Positions 38,349-47,858 of a DNA stretch of 64,000 nt are shown piece by piece. The notes under the pieces were generated by a model that did not search any database, was not told the origin of the DNA, and saw only the letters and a program-made list of their open reading frames with translations. Numbering within the stretch: position 1 is the stretch's first letter; each line of letters starts with the position of its first letter. The position numbers and the translations under genes are program-made. Source of the DNA: Alphaproteobacteria bacterium (GTDB taxonomy: Bacteria > Pseudomonadota > Alphaproteobacteria > Rs-D84); contig WRCA01000004.1 in the NCBI GenBank assembly GCA_009784275.1, forward strand, positions 5,748 to 69,747. The letters run 5' to 3'.

Positions 38349-39059
38349 TTACCGCTGCCATTTTTTATTGGTTGCAACCAGCTCTGTATCCATTGAAACT
38401 TCGCCACCTGCCTCGAGAACCATCAGCTCGCCTGCGCATATTTCCGCGTAATCCAAAGGCTCTGAAACAAAACCATCAAATTTGCCCGCTGCAACCCATG
38501 CCAAGTCCAATGCAGGACAGCCAGTGCAACGACAGCCTATGGCTGGAAATTCGGAACTGGTATTACAATTGCCCAAGCCAATCGTAAGATCATGCGGCTG
38601 GGATAAATTCGAAACATTTATTCTGGAGGAGTGGAACGCTTGATAAGCAAAAGCACCTGTCCCCGCTTCGGCGTAATACAATCTGTCATCGATTGGGGAA
38701 TAAATCAGCGCTATTTTCGTTTCGTCATTACTACGCAACGCTAATGAAATTGCAAATAGAGGATTGCCCCGAACAAAATTTTCCGCCCCGCTTAACGCCA
38801 AGACAAATTCATCCCGGCCATCGCCTTGTTTGGAATAGTTCGGCGTTAATATTCCCGCCATCGGACGCACCAGCGTCAAATCTTGCAAGATTGCTTCTTC
38901 AATTCTCTGGGCTGCTTTTTTTACGAAATCGCGCGCGCCGGGCAGCGATTGCTGCAGATTTTCAACTTCCCCGAAATCGCGGCGCAGTCCCGCCCCAGTT
39001 CGCTGCATCGCTGCGAACATTTTATTTAATTCCGAAGAGCCTTTTATCAAGTTTTCCAT
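38349..39059 (-). CDS. Inositol-monophosphatase-family protein (possibly catalytically degenerate)
   Basis: IMPase-fold motifs (NFVRGNPLFAISLAL...ALDLAWVAAGKFDGF). The canonical DPIDGT metal-binding motif appears to be replaced. Confidence 0.5.
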   Translation of the reverse strand: MENLIKGSSELNKMFAAMQRTGAGLRRDFGEVENLQQSLPGARDFVKKAAQRIEEAILQDLTLVRPMAGILTPNYSKQGDGRDEFVLALSGAENFVRGNPLFAISLALRSNDETKIALIYSPIDDRLYYAEAGTGAFAYQAFHSSRINVSNLSQPHDLTIGLGNCNTSSEFPAIGCRCTGCPALDLAWVAAGKFDGFVSEPLDYAEICAGELMVLEAGGEVSMDTELVATNKKWQR

Positions 39060-39150
39060 AGTATCATGCCTGGATCCCCGGATATTTGCTGGATGATGCT
39101 ATGCATCACTGCGCAAATTCCGGGGATGACAATTAATGAATCTTTGACTA

Positions 39151-39360
39151 TTAAAACTTAAATCCGTCGAACTTTTTCTTGAATTCTGCAGCGCGTTGGC
39201 CTTTGTCGACCGCGGCACGTTGGCCTGTCCATGCGGAATGATTCAGGTTGTCCACCGACAAAACCAAGTCTTTTTTAACGGAAGAATACATTTTAACGGT
39301 CTTTCCGTCGGTCCGGGTAACTTTTATCTCGTGATATTCCGGATGAATGCCTTTTTTCAT
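39151..39360 (-). CDS. rpmE: 50S ribosomal protein L31 (no Zn-ribbon Cys)
   Basis: MKKGIHPEYHEIKV...FTGQ matches the L31 consensus. Length 69 aa. Confidence 0.8.
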   Translation of the reverse strand: MKKGIHPEYHEIKVTRTDGKTVKMYSSVKKDLVLSVDNLNHSAWTGQRAAVDKGQRAAEFKKKFDGFKF

Positions 39361-39452
39361 ATCGATACCTTTTTGCTAGCGCCGGCAATTATACAGGGAA
39401 ATTTTAAAAAATCAAGTTTTCTATTAAAAAACCGCTATGAAAGCGGAGACTT

Positions 39453-39980
39453 TTAACAGTGTCCAACACAACCAAGGTAAAAATTTCCTGTGGATTCTAT
39501 AAAGTTTTGGAATTTGCTTTGGTTTTTTCCGGAAAATAGCGCCAGAATAGTGCCGGATTCGGTTGCCAGCATATCTGAAACTGTTACCCCTACGGCGGCA
39601 ACTTTCTTGAAAAACTGGTTTGTGGGGTAAATTTCTGCCGCGAATAACTGGGTTTTCTTGTCTGATGCTTCTTGCTTTTTATCCCCGACTATTACCATCA
39701 GCTGGCAATCCTTTGACACCGAGATTTTCTCGCAAATTTTTGCGCTGCCACCCAATAATTCCCCCCACCAGCCACAAGAATTTGAAAATACAGGATAATA
39801 AAGGACGGCGTCCGAGTTAGCTTTGAAGAATTCCGCCATATCGAAATCACCCGATTCAACACGTGGCATTTCGCCATGCTGATCGGCAATTGTACGCCTC
39901 GCAGATTGATAAGGGTCGGTATCACGCGCCCGCGATTTAGGCCAGAACAAAACAGGGGAACACGGTGTTTTATAACTCAT
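39453..39980 (-). CDS. Hypothetical protein (175 aa)
   Basis: ORF. No family recognised. Confidence 0.35.
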   Translation of the reverse strand: MSYKTPCSPVLFWPKSRARDTDPYQSARRTIADQHGEMPRVESGDFDMAEFFKANSDAVLYYPVFSNSCGWWGELLGGSAKICEKISVSKDCQLMVIVGDKKQEASDKKTQLFAAEIYPTNQFFKKVAAVGVTVSDMLATESGTILALFSGKNQSKFQNFIESTGNFYLGCVGHC

Positions 39981-40053
39981 CAGGGAAAATTATATCAGAT
40001 TCGGAAGTAGAAAAAAATCCCGCCCAGAAAAATAAATTTCTTGACTTTTCCCC

Positions 40054-41367
40054 TCACTTACTAATCTTCTTCCACCATTCTTTAGTGTTCTTCCAAACCT
40101 TATCAAGGTCTTCGCGGGCTTTTTTATAATAATCTTCCGGTATTTTCACTTCGCCGAACAAGGCCTGAACCAATGCAGGTATGGAATTCATTAACATCGC
40201 CAGGAACAGTCCCATCATGACTATTGTAATAAGGCTGCCGTTGTTCATCATCAGCCCTTTTACCAAGTAATGCGAATCGTTTCTCTCCAGCGCATCCAAT
40301 AAAATACTGGCGCCTTGCCATTCCCCAAACGCCGCATTCAGGAACAAGACCGAAAATGCGGTGAAAATCCCGACCATGGCAATCCCCAGGGTATCTTGTA
40401 TAACCTGATCTATAATGACTTTTGGGCCATCCCCCAATTTTACTATCTTCCAGTCGCCAAACAGCCAAGACAACATCATCAGCGGCAGCATAACCAGGTT
40501 CATCGCCAGTTTGATAAAGGTTTGCAAAAAATATAACGGCACGGGTATCAAAGCGAAGAAAAACAGGACTATGATAAACATTCCCGCCAGGAATAACGCT
40601 ACATTTGGAAATATTGGAATTCCTATGATTATCTTGTGCATGTATTCATGGTTAAACGCCATATTCATCAGCGTCCAGCCGGCGGTCAGACCCAGCCCCG
40701 TCATCTGATGAACTTGCCCCAATTGGCATGCCATATTATGGCGCAGCTTTGGTGAAAAAGCGCCAGCCTCGGCCGCTTTCGCATCCCTTGAACTGGGGTC
40801 CATCACGGCGGTTGTAACAAGGCATGCTTCAAAGGAATATTCGTTTTCAGTGCCCTTTGCAAATCCTTGATCTACTGCATGACCAAGTGAAAGTCCGACA
40901 TTGAATATAGGCTCTATCGCTATGTTTGTTATAAGTCGCGGCAGAGGCATTGCGAACAATGCAATTACAAGGGTTAATTTTACCGCGTGACTGCCGAATT
41001 TTCCGGCAAGATTCCAAGCATCAGGCTGATCGCCCAATCCTATATATCCTTTTATAATCTCCCAACCGAAATAAATTGCGGTTAGTGCGAGCGCAATTGG
41101 AATACAAACTTCGCCTATGGCGGAATAAATCCGCGGCAATATATCCGACATTATCAACATGATATCGTTGAACATTCCACAAGACCAGCAGCTGGAAAAG
41201 AAAGACAATGCATCATGCAGGTTAACCGGCGCCATGGACCGATAAATAGAAAATCCCGCGATAAGGGCGCCACCGCCGATGGCGCCAATGGCCAGCGGAG
41301 CAATCGCCCCTGCCGACAATGGCAGAAAGGATAGAAAAATTATCCAAAATTTTTTAAAACGGTTCAT
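40054..41367 (-). CDS. Polytopic membrane protein, paralog 1 of a 5-member local family (VirB6/TrbL-like?)
   Basis: Signal/TM N-terminus. CxxC loop motif SSCWSCGMFNDIML. At least 6 TM helices. Helix motif LPLMMLSWLFGDW. Lys/Trp-rich C-terminal tail KVWKNTKEWWKKISK. Confidence 0.5.
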   Translation of the reverse strand: MNRFKKFWIIFLSFLPLSAGAIAPLAIGAIGGGALIAGFSIYRSMAPVNLHDALSFFSSCWSCGMFNDIMLIMSDILPRIYSAIGEVCIPIALALTAIYFGWEIIKGYIGLGDQPDAWNLAGKFGSHAVKLTLVIALFAMPLPRLITNIAIEPIFNVGLSLGHAVDQGFAKGTENEYSFEACLVTTAVMDPSSRDAKAAEAGAFSPKLRHNMACQLGQVHQMTGLGLTAGWTLMNMAFNHEYMHKIIIGIPIFPNVALFLAGMFIIVLFFFALIPVPLYFLQTFIKLAMNLVMLPLMMLSWLFGDWKIVKLGDGPKVIIDQVIQDTLGIAMVGIFTAFSVLFLNAAFGEWQGASILLDALERNDSHYLVKGLMMNNGSLITIVMMGLFLAMLMNSIPALVQALFGEVKIPEDYYKKAREDLDKVWKNTKEWWKKISK

Positions 41368-41437
41368 ATTTATGGACGCGATATTCGTTTAATTATATCA
41401 CAATTACAAAGGCTTTTTATGCTATAATCAGTGTTGA

Positions 41438-42736
41438 ATGAAATTCGTGAAAAGAATTCTTTATTTGTGCTCGGTTATTTGCGCGCTGTGCTTTGTGCCG
41501 CAGGCGGCATCAGCCGCCGCATGGGGTATTGTAGATAGTTTGGATTTATCCAGGTTTATCCCGATTGTTTTAGATTCATTTATGTCGGTCGCCATGGCGG
41601 GTTATGAGTTCTTTGTGGGTGATGGCGACGGCATCATTTATTTGTTTGTTTGGGGATGGCTGGGGATGACAATCGGATTGTATCTGGTTAAGATGTATTT
41701 CCCGCAGAATTGGCTTTCTTTCTTGGGGATAAAAGGCGGCGGGCAGATGTGGGGCGACAAAGCAAGCGCAAAGACTATATCGGAAGACTTGGTAAAGCCC
41801 GCTATTCGCGCAATCTTGGCTGCTGGTTTATTTTTGCAGATACAGCCGCAGACTGTAACCAAATTCGCCGTAGATCCATTTTTAAAATTCGGTTCTATTT
41901 ATGTTCACAGCATTTCAGAAAGTATAAATCAAATGAATCTGTCCCCAGGGGCAGAGCCCGTGCCATGCCCGGACAGCATCTTGAAGAAAGAATATATCTC
42001 GCCGGAATCTTGTCAGTTCTTGGTTCAGCCGGTTGCTGATATTACGCGTGTGAATAATCAGATTATAAAACGCGGGATGAGCTTTATCACCAGTGGATTG
42101 ACGGGACTGATGACCCTTATACCGCATGGCGGACGCGACATATTAAATCTGATAACGGGGATTTTCTTGGTTTGGGCATTTGTCGCCAGTAATTTCTTTA
42201 TGGCTTTGCTGATAATCCAGGCAATTTTCGAATTCGGCATGGCATTAATATTGTACCCGTTTAAGGTTTTGATGTTTGTGGCAAAGCCGAAAAATCCAGA
42301 CAAATGGTTGGATCCTTGGAATGTATTCGGTGAAAAAGGTGGGATAATAGAAAGCCTTAAGAAACTGGTTGTCACAATGATCGCGTGCATGTTTATATTG
42401 GTTGTGAATATCGCGGCGGTAAAGGCTTTGTTCAATTTCAATCATTCGACATTTGTTGTTGCGGCTGGTGGCAGCGCATCCAGCAATGTTCCGGTTGTCG
42501 TAAATCAAGCGATGGGATTTGGCCAGCATTCGGTTATTTGGCTGTCTTCATTGCTGACATTCTTCCTTATGTTCAAAATTTTTGAATTAACAAGAGGCCA
42601 GCTGATGGTTTATGTCGGTGAAGGAAGCGATGACCTATACAAGAAAGCATCTGGCGATGCAAAGAACGCTTGGAAGAAAACTAATGAATGGCGCAAGAAT
42701 ATTGGAAAAGCGCTGGGGTGGGTAAAGAAGAAATAG
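41438..42736 (+). CDS. Polytopic membrane protein, paralog 2 (VirB6/TrbL-like?)
   Basis: Signal peptide. TM-rich core with YPFKVLMFVAKP...W. C-terminal tail KNAWKKTNEWRKNIGK shared with paralogs 1 and 5. Confidence 0.5.
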   Translation: MKFVKRILYLCSVICALCFVPQAASAAAWGIVDSLDLSRFIPIVLDSFMSVAMAGYEFFVGDGDGIIYLFVWGWLGMTIGLYLVKMYFPQNWLSFLGIKGGGQMWGDKASAKTISEDLVKPAIRAILAAGLFLQIQPQTVTKFAVDPFLKFGSIYVHSISESINQMNLSPGAEPVPCPDSILKKEYISPESCQFLVQPVADITRVNNQIIKRGMSFITSGLTGLMTLIPHGGRDILNLITGIFLVWAFVASNFFMALLIIQAIFEFGMALILYPFKVLMFVAKPKNPDKWLDPWNVFGEKGGIIESLKKLVVTMIACMFILVVNIAAVKALFNFNHSTFVVAAGGSASSNVPVVVNQAMGFGQHSVIWLSSLLTFFLMFKIFELTRGQLMVYVGEGSDDLYKKASGDAKNAWKKTNEWRKNIGKALGWVKKK

Positions 42737-42738
42737 TT

Positions 42739-44013
42739 ATGGATCATTTTATTGATGTTTTTGTCGGAAAAACTGTGAAATGCTGGAGCTGCCCCGTCTT
42801 CGACCAGCTGTTTCAAGTTATCAGCGCGGCTGCCGCGGCGATTTATAACCAAATGGCATTGCTGGCGGCTGTTCTTTTGTGCGTATTTGTCGCGTTCTAT
42901 GTTTTGTATTCGGTTGTTCAGAACTGGAAGTCCGACAAGATGGATCCAACTTATCAAAAATATCTGAAACCTGTGATGGTCAATTCTTTGTTTGTAATAG
43001 CTCTGTTGGGGCTGGGGGTTATGGTGCCCAGGTTTATTACAAGGATTACTTTCGAACCTGTCGCAAATATAACCTTGGTCTATACCCAGGCAATGATGAA
43101 TACCGACGAACAAAGCATTTCGCAAAAAGTTGATTATCCAGTAGAGTCAATGGCAGACGATGGATTTTATCGCCCAGAGTTACGCAATAGCATTATTATG
43201 CTGATGAAGACCAGCATTACCCAATTCCAAGCAATGATCAAGATGGGAATGGTTGTAATGGATCATGCGTTTACTTGGAAGGCCTTTTATGGCATTGGGG
43301 CGCTGATAAAGCATATAATGCTATTTTTTATGGGGCTTTATATCGTCTGGGCGTTTTTCAAGCTGTTCATAAAATTCTGTTTTTATTTTGCCGATGTAAT
43401 CATAGACCTGACGTTCTTTGCATTTTTCTTTCCGATAATGATGGTTCTGTGGGTGTTTAATAATTCGGAGTCTGCGGATTGGATAAAAAAACTAAACAGC
43501 AATGTAACGCCAGGCTATTTCAAGAATGCCATAAATTCCATAGTTTCCCTTGCGACCGTTGTGATAACTTATATCGTGATAATGACGATTATCGCAAAAT
43601 TCTTTTCCAGTCCCGGTGCAGACAGCGCGGAACTGGCGCGAAATATTATGGATGGCAGCATTTTCGCGGGCGACTTTTCCGATGACAACTTGGCGATGCT
43701 GACATTGGGCGGAGTATTGGTCTTGGTCTATATCGTGCAGTATCTGGCGGATAATATAAAGCAAGTATCCAAGATGATAACCGATACTTTCGAAATCGAA
43801 GAAAGGCATGCTATTGGCGACCAATTGGGCGAAGACGCGTTAAAGGTCGGCAAAAACACATTTGATTTTGCAAAGAATACAGGAAAAATTTTATGGGCTG
43901 CTGCGACCGGACAAGAAACCAAAAAAGAAGAGAAAAAGGAAGGCGGGGGCGATAAAAAGGACGAGAAAAAAGGGGCGAAAGCCGAAGAAGAAGAGACAAA
44001 AGAAAATAAGTAA
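42739..44013 (+). CDS. Polytopic membrane protein, paralog 3 (VirB6/TrbL-like?) with a K/E-rich low-complexity C-terminal tail
   Basis: ATG at 42739, 2 nt after the paralog 2 stop. CWSCPVFDQLFQVI loop motif. FFFPIMMVLWVF helix. Tail KKEEKKEGGGDKKDEKKGAKAEEEETKENK. Confidence 0.5.
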   Translation: MDHFIDVFVGKTVKCWSCPVFDQLFQVISAAAAAIYNQMALLAAVLLCVFVAFYVLYSVVQNWKSDKMDPTYQKYLKPVMVNSLFVIALLGLGVMVPRFITRITFEPVANITLVYTQAMMNTDEQSISQKVDYPVESMADDGFYRPELRNSIIMLMKTSITQFQAMIKMGMVVMDHAFTWKAFYGIGALIKHIMLFFMGLYIVWAFFKLFIKFCFYFADVIIDLTFFAFFFPIMMVLWVFNNSESADWIKKLNSNVTPGYFKNAINSIVSLATVVITYIVIMTIIAKFFSSPGADSAELARNIMDGSIFAGDFSDDNLAMLTLGGVLVLVYIVQYLADNIKQVSKMITDTFEIEERHAIGDQLGEDALKVGKNTFDFAKNTGKILWAAATGQETKKEEKKEGGGDKKDEKKGAKAEEEETKENK

Positions 44014-45477
44014 ATGCTGAAAACAAAACTTATCTTAACAGCTGTTCAAGTTCTTATGTGGTGCATCGCGGTTGGCGTTGGCATCTGGTATTTATCCAGC
44101 AGCATAAATGGTGATTCAATTACTTATACCAGCCTGACTAGTTTCATGCAGGCAACAGGCGCTTGCTCGTCTGCCCCCGGCGCGACAGAGGTCGCTTGTG
44201 ATATTTCAAAATCGAATGGATGTTTCCTGTGTCCTTATGTAACCCAGCTGTTCAATGTCATAGGTTCGGCCACCAAAAGTTTTTGGGATGCATTGGTGGG
44301 AAATCTGTGGATATTACTGGCATTAGGTTTTATTGTTTTTCTGTTTATTCATACTTTCAAAACTTTGCAGGAATCGAATAAACAAAATATCGAAATGGGC
44401 ACGGGGGAAAGGAAACTCGATTTTGAAAAATGGTTTAAGGGCGTGCGCGACCAAGGCATTCGTGTATTGCTTGTTGGGGCTTTTCTGGGGGCATTGGGAC
44501 TGGGTGGAACTGCGGCATTAAGGGCTGTATCAGATATCACCATTCGACCGGTTATGTATGTTGGGGCAGAACTATCGATGGCGGCAACCGGAACGATCAA
44601 CACGGCACATTGCCCGGCGCTTGATAATAGTACAGTAAAAGAAAATAATATCATTGGGCCAGCACTGCGGCCGTTCATGTGCGTGGTAGGAAATATAAGC
44701 ACTGTTATCTTGGCGGGCGCTGCCGCAGGCTTTTCATTGATGAATTTTACCTGGATGGGAATGGGGGGGGGATTATTCACCTGGATGGCCGGTCTTGCAC
44801 TGGTGATAATGTTTTTAATAATCGGATTCAGGATATTTTTTGATATTTTGAATGTAGTATTTCGTCTGGTATTCATCATAATTTTTCTGCCTATCTTCAT
44901 CGCCAGCTATGCATTTGAAAATGTTTGGGGTGTGTTAAAAGGCGCGGTTGGCAAGGGCGTGGAGATGTTGGTTAACTGCGCGACGCGTGTGGTTGCGATA
45001 ACTCTGAAGGTATTAATCATTTATGCAATTGTTGTTTTTGCTGCGGATGAGTATGGATTTTCCGCGATAACGCCGCCTGTGATTGCTGGCGGGCAGTCTG
45101 CGGGCAGTTCTAAAAACATTGTCATTGCGGCGATATTCGAAAAGTGCGAGAAAGTATCGTTGGTCAATGATGTGATGGACAAGAGTTTGTTCAAAGCCTG
45201 TTGGGATAAAGAAAGGGCAGTGGTGGAAATGACAAATCCCAGGGCGTTTGACTTCATGAGGAACGGCTGGGAGTTTCTGATGATGATGATCGGAATATTC
45301 TTTATTTATTTCTATGTGGTAGAGAAGAAGATAGACGACATTCTGGTCAAAGATCAATTCAGCGGCAAGGACGGCGCATTAAACTTGGGCAGCACCTTCA
45401 AAGAATTCGGGCAAAAGGTTTGGTCGATTCCCCAAGGGATGACCAAAAAAATCACGGACGCGTTTGGAAAGAAATGA
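44014..45477 (+). CDS. Polytopic membrane protein, paralog 4 (VirB6/TrbL-like?). Contains a G9 homopolymer.
   Basis: Starts immediately after the paralog 3 stop. CFLCPYVTQLFNVI loop motif. Helix FLPIFIASYAFENVWG resembles the VirB6 conserved helix (GPLFIALALFD...W). G9 tract at 44763-44771. Confidence 0.5.
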   Translation: MLKTKLILTAVQVLMWCIAVGVGIWYLSSSINGDSITYTSLTSFMQATGACSSAPGATEVACDISKSNGCFLCPYVTQLFNVIGSATKSFWDALVGNLWILLALGFIVFLFIHTFKTLQESNKQNIEMGTGERKLDFEKWFKGVRDQGIRVLLVGAFLGALGLGGTAALRAVSDITIRPVMYVGAELSMAATGTINTAHCPALDNSTVKENNIIGPALRPFMCVVGNISTVILAGAAAGFSLMNFTWMGMGGGLFTWMAGLALVIMFLIIGFRIFFDILNVVFRLVFIIIFLPIFIASYAFENVWGVLKGAVGKGVEMLVNCATRVVAITLKVLIIYAIVVFAADEYGFSAITPPVIAGGQSAGSSKNIVIAAIFEKCEKVSLVNDVMDKSLFKACWDKERAVVEMTNPRAFDFMRNGWEFLMMMIGIFFIYFYVVEKKIDDILVKDQFSGKDGALNLGSTFKEFGQKVWSIPQGMTKKITDAFGKK

Positions 45478-46754
45478 AAAAGTTAAAATTATTTTTATTT
45501 TTGGCTTTTGGCTTTTGGCTTTTGGCTTTTTCCGCCCAGGCAGAAACAAATTTGCCGTCGCCTGGGGAAATCGGGAATTATGGTCTTTGGGCGACCGAGC
45601 ATAACCAGGAACTGCTGACTAATAACCTATTCGATGATTTGCAAGAGTTTCAAGGGGACGCTCAAAAAGCCGGTGGAAAAGATTATGTGCCGATCGAGGC
45701 AAGGGTCGGCAAGGTTTTTGTCAGCGCACTGGATATGATTGGTAAAGCGCTGGCTGACAGCTTGTTCTATTTTGTTCAAATTTTGTTGGTGGCACTGCTG
45801 GCGTTTTGGATATTATTTGAAACCTATAACATGATGCAAGGCGATCGTGATGTGAAAAAGCTGGCAAAGGAAATCGCAACAAAAGTAGTTTTTGTTTCCA
45901 TCTGGCTTTGGGTGCTTTCGAATAATCCGGGCGAAATTTTTATGACTATTTTTGGGCCGATAATTACCGCCGGTGCATATATGTCGAATCTGATACTTAA
46001 TTCCATTACGGGCGCGGCCAGTGCGGATACTTGCGAGGCGATCAAGGATTTCATAGGCAATACCGGTAATTCGATAGTTTCATCGTCCCATACTGCGGAA
46101 TTGATTTGCTTGCCAACGCGCCTGTCTGGATTTTTCTATAAATGTGTTGGTATAGGGTTTAAATGGATGGGCTATGGTATTGGACACAGCGCGTTGACTT
46201 TTGTCGCGGGTGCGGTTTTTGTTGTTATATTTGCGATAAATATTTGGAAGTTTGCGTTGCTGGCGTTCGGGGTAATTGCGGACTTGTTCTTGGCTATTCT
46301 TTTACTACCTTTTACCGCAATTACAGAATGTTTTGGCAAGGGTACAAACTATAAGGGAATTCCGGGCGATATCTTCAAGGCCTTTGCGGGGATTTTCAAA
46401 TACGCGGGATTATCGGAGCAGATCCAACGTTTTATCCGTGCGATAATTTATTTCATAGTCCTTGCGATTGTTGCGGCAATTGGCGCGGCTTTGTTGGGCG
46501 GCGTTGTGGGCGCGAGTTTGGATGCGGCGACCCCATCGGTCAAAACAATCGACGGTTTTATGCCGGTCTTGATAGTTGGATGCTTGGTTGCTTATCTGGT
46601 TAACAAAGCGGCTGATATAGCAACCTCCCTGGGGGGCAAGATAGACGATTCGTTTGGTAAGACTGTTGGCGAAGACTTGAAAAAAGCTTGGAAAGCCACG
46701 ACAAAGCAAGTTTCCGACTGGCGGAAAATTTTCCAAGAAAAGAAAAATAAATAA
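45474..46754 (+). CDS. Polytopic membrane protein, paralog 5 (VirB6/TrbL-like?). Signal peptide encoded by a (TTGGCTT)x4 repeat.
   Basis: ATGA overlap with paralog 4. Signal peptide ...FSAQA/ET. LLLPFTAITECFGKG helix. Tail KKAWKATTKQVSDWRKIFQEKK. Confidence 0.5.
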   Translation: MKKLKLFLFLAFGFWLLAFSAQAETNLPSPGEIGNYGLWATEHNQELLTNNLFDDLQEFQGDAQKAGGKDYVPIEARVGKVFVSALDMIGKALADSLFYFVQILLVALLAFWILFETYNMMQGDRDVKKLAKEIATKVVFVSIWLWVLSNNPGEIFMTIFGPIITAGAYMSNLILNSITGAASADTCEAIKDFIGNTGNSIVSSSHTAELICLPTRLSGFFYKCVGIGFKWMGYGIGHSALTFVAGAVFVVIFAINIWKFALLAFGVIADLFLAILLLPFTAITECFGKGTNYKGIPGDIFKAFAGIFKYAGLSEQIQRFIRAIIYFIVLAIVAAIGAALLGGVVGASLDAATPSVKTIDGFMPVLIVGCLVAYLVNKAADIATSLGGKIDDSFGKTVGEDLKKAWKATTKQVSDWRKIFQEKKNK

Positions 46755-46780
46755 TATATAATCGGGAAAAAGGGTAAAGG

Positions 46781-47857
46781 ATGTTTACAGGATTGTTAGA
46801 AAATTTGGGATATGAATTTACTGGTGGCGCGCTGTTCGCGGCGGGTTTTGCGGCCGCGTTTCTGATCATGATAGTTTTCGGCCGCTGGTATATAAACGCT
46901 ATGCGTCGCTGGCAGAAAAAAGGCCAACCAATCAGCGAAAATGTGCCGCAGTCGCATTTGGCCAAGGCAGGAACGCCTACATTGGGCGGCGGTCTGATAA
47001 TTCTGGCGATGATTATATCCAGCATTCTGTTTATGGATTATCATAATCCGATGCCTTGGATTGCGATCGGTGCGTTGGTTTGGTTTGGACTGATAGGATT
47101 TGCTGATGACTTTAAAAAAGTTCGTAGCCAGGGAAGAAAGGCGAACAATGGATTGTCAAAACGGTCGAGGCTGGTACTGGAAGGCATCGGCGTAATTGTT
47201 CTGGCATATTTTATCAATCAAACAATGCCGATTTATCTTCCAGAATATTCACTGGCGTTTCCGGGCGGATATATTTTCCCGCTTGGGATATTATATTTTG
47301 TCTTGGCATATTTTGTTATCGCTGGGACGGCGAATGCAGCGAATATAACCGACGGTTTGGATGGTATGATAACCAAGATCAGTATACCAACATTGCTGGT
47401 GATGTTGGCGGCATTGTATGGGGCAACGCGCATCGGATTTGTACCGAATGCAATATTGTTGCCGACCGCAGGCGGGCTGTTCCCGGTGGTTGGTGCAGCG
47501 ATTGGTGCACTGGTAGGATTCTTGTGGTTTAATTCCGCGCCGGCCAGCATTTTTATGGGGGACACGGGCAGTCTGGCCCTTGGTGGTTTTATCGGAACGG
47601 TCGCGATGTTGCTGAAAGTAGAAATTGTTATGGGCGTTGCGAGCCTTATGATGGTCGCGATTCTTGCATCCAGCTTTATTCAGACTTTTGTTTATAAGCT
47701 TACTAAAAAGAATGGTGTTGGGAAAAGAATTTTCAAAATGGCGCCGCTGCATCATCATTTTGAAATGGACGGTTGGCCCGAATCCAAGATAGTAGAAAGA
47801 TTTTTTATAATTTCAGTTTTATTTTCAAGCGCGGCGCTGTTGCTGATGAGGATGTGA
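46781..47857 (+). CDS. mraY: Phospho-N-acetylmuramoyl-pentapeptide transferase
   Basis: MraY motifs (AGTPTLGGGL, ITDGLDG, FMGDTGSLALGG). Length 358 aa. Confidence 0.9.
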   Translation: MFTGLLENLGYEFTGGALFAAGFAAAFLIMIVFGRWYINAMRRWQKKGQPISENVPQSHLAKAGTPTLGGGLIILAMIISSILFMDYHNPMPWIAIGALVWFGLIGFADDFKKVRSQGRKANNGLSKRSRLVLEGIGVIVLAYFINQTMPIYLPEYSLAFPGGYIFPLGILYFVLAYFVIAGTANAANITDGLDGMITKISIPTLLVMLAALYGATRIGFVPNAILLPTAGGLFPVVGAAIGALVGFLWFNSAPASIFMGDTGSLALGGFIGTVAMLLKVEIVMGVASLMMVAILASSFIQTFVYKLTKKNGVGKRIFKMAPLHHHFEMDGWPESKIVERFFIISVLFSSAALLLMRM

Positions 47858-47858
47858 A

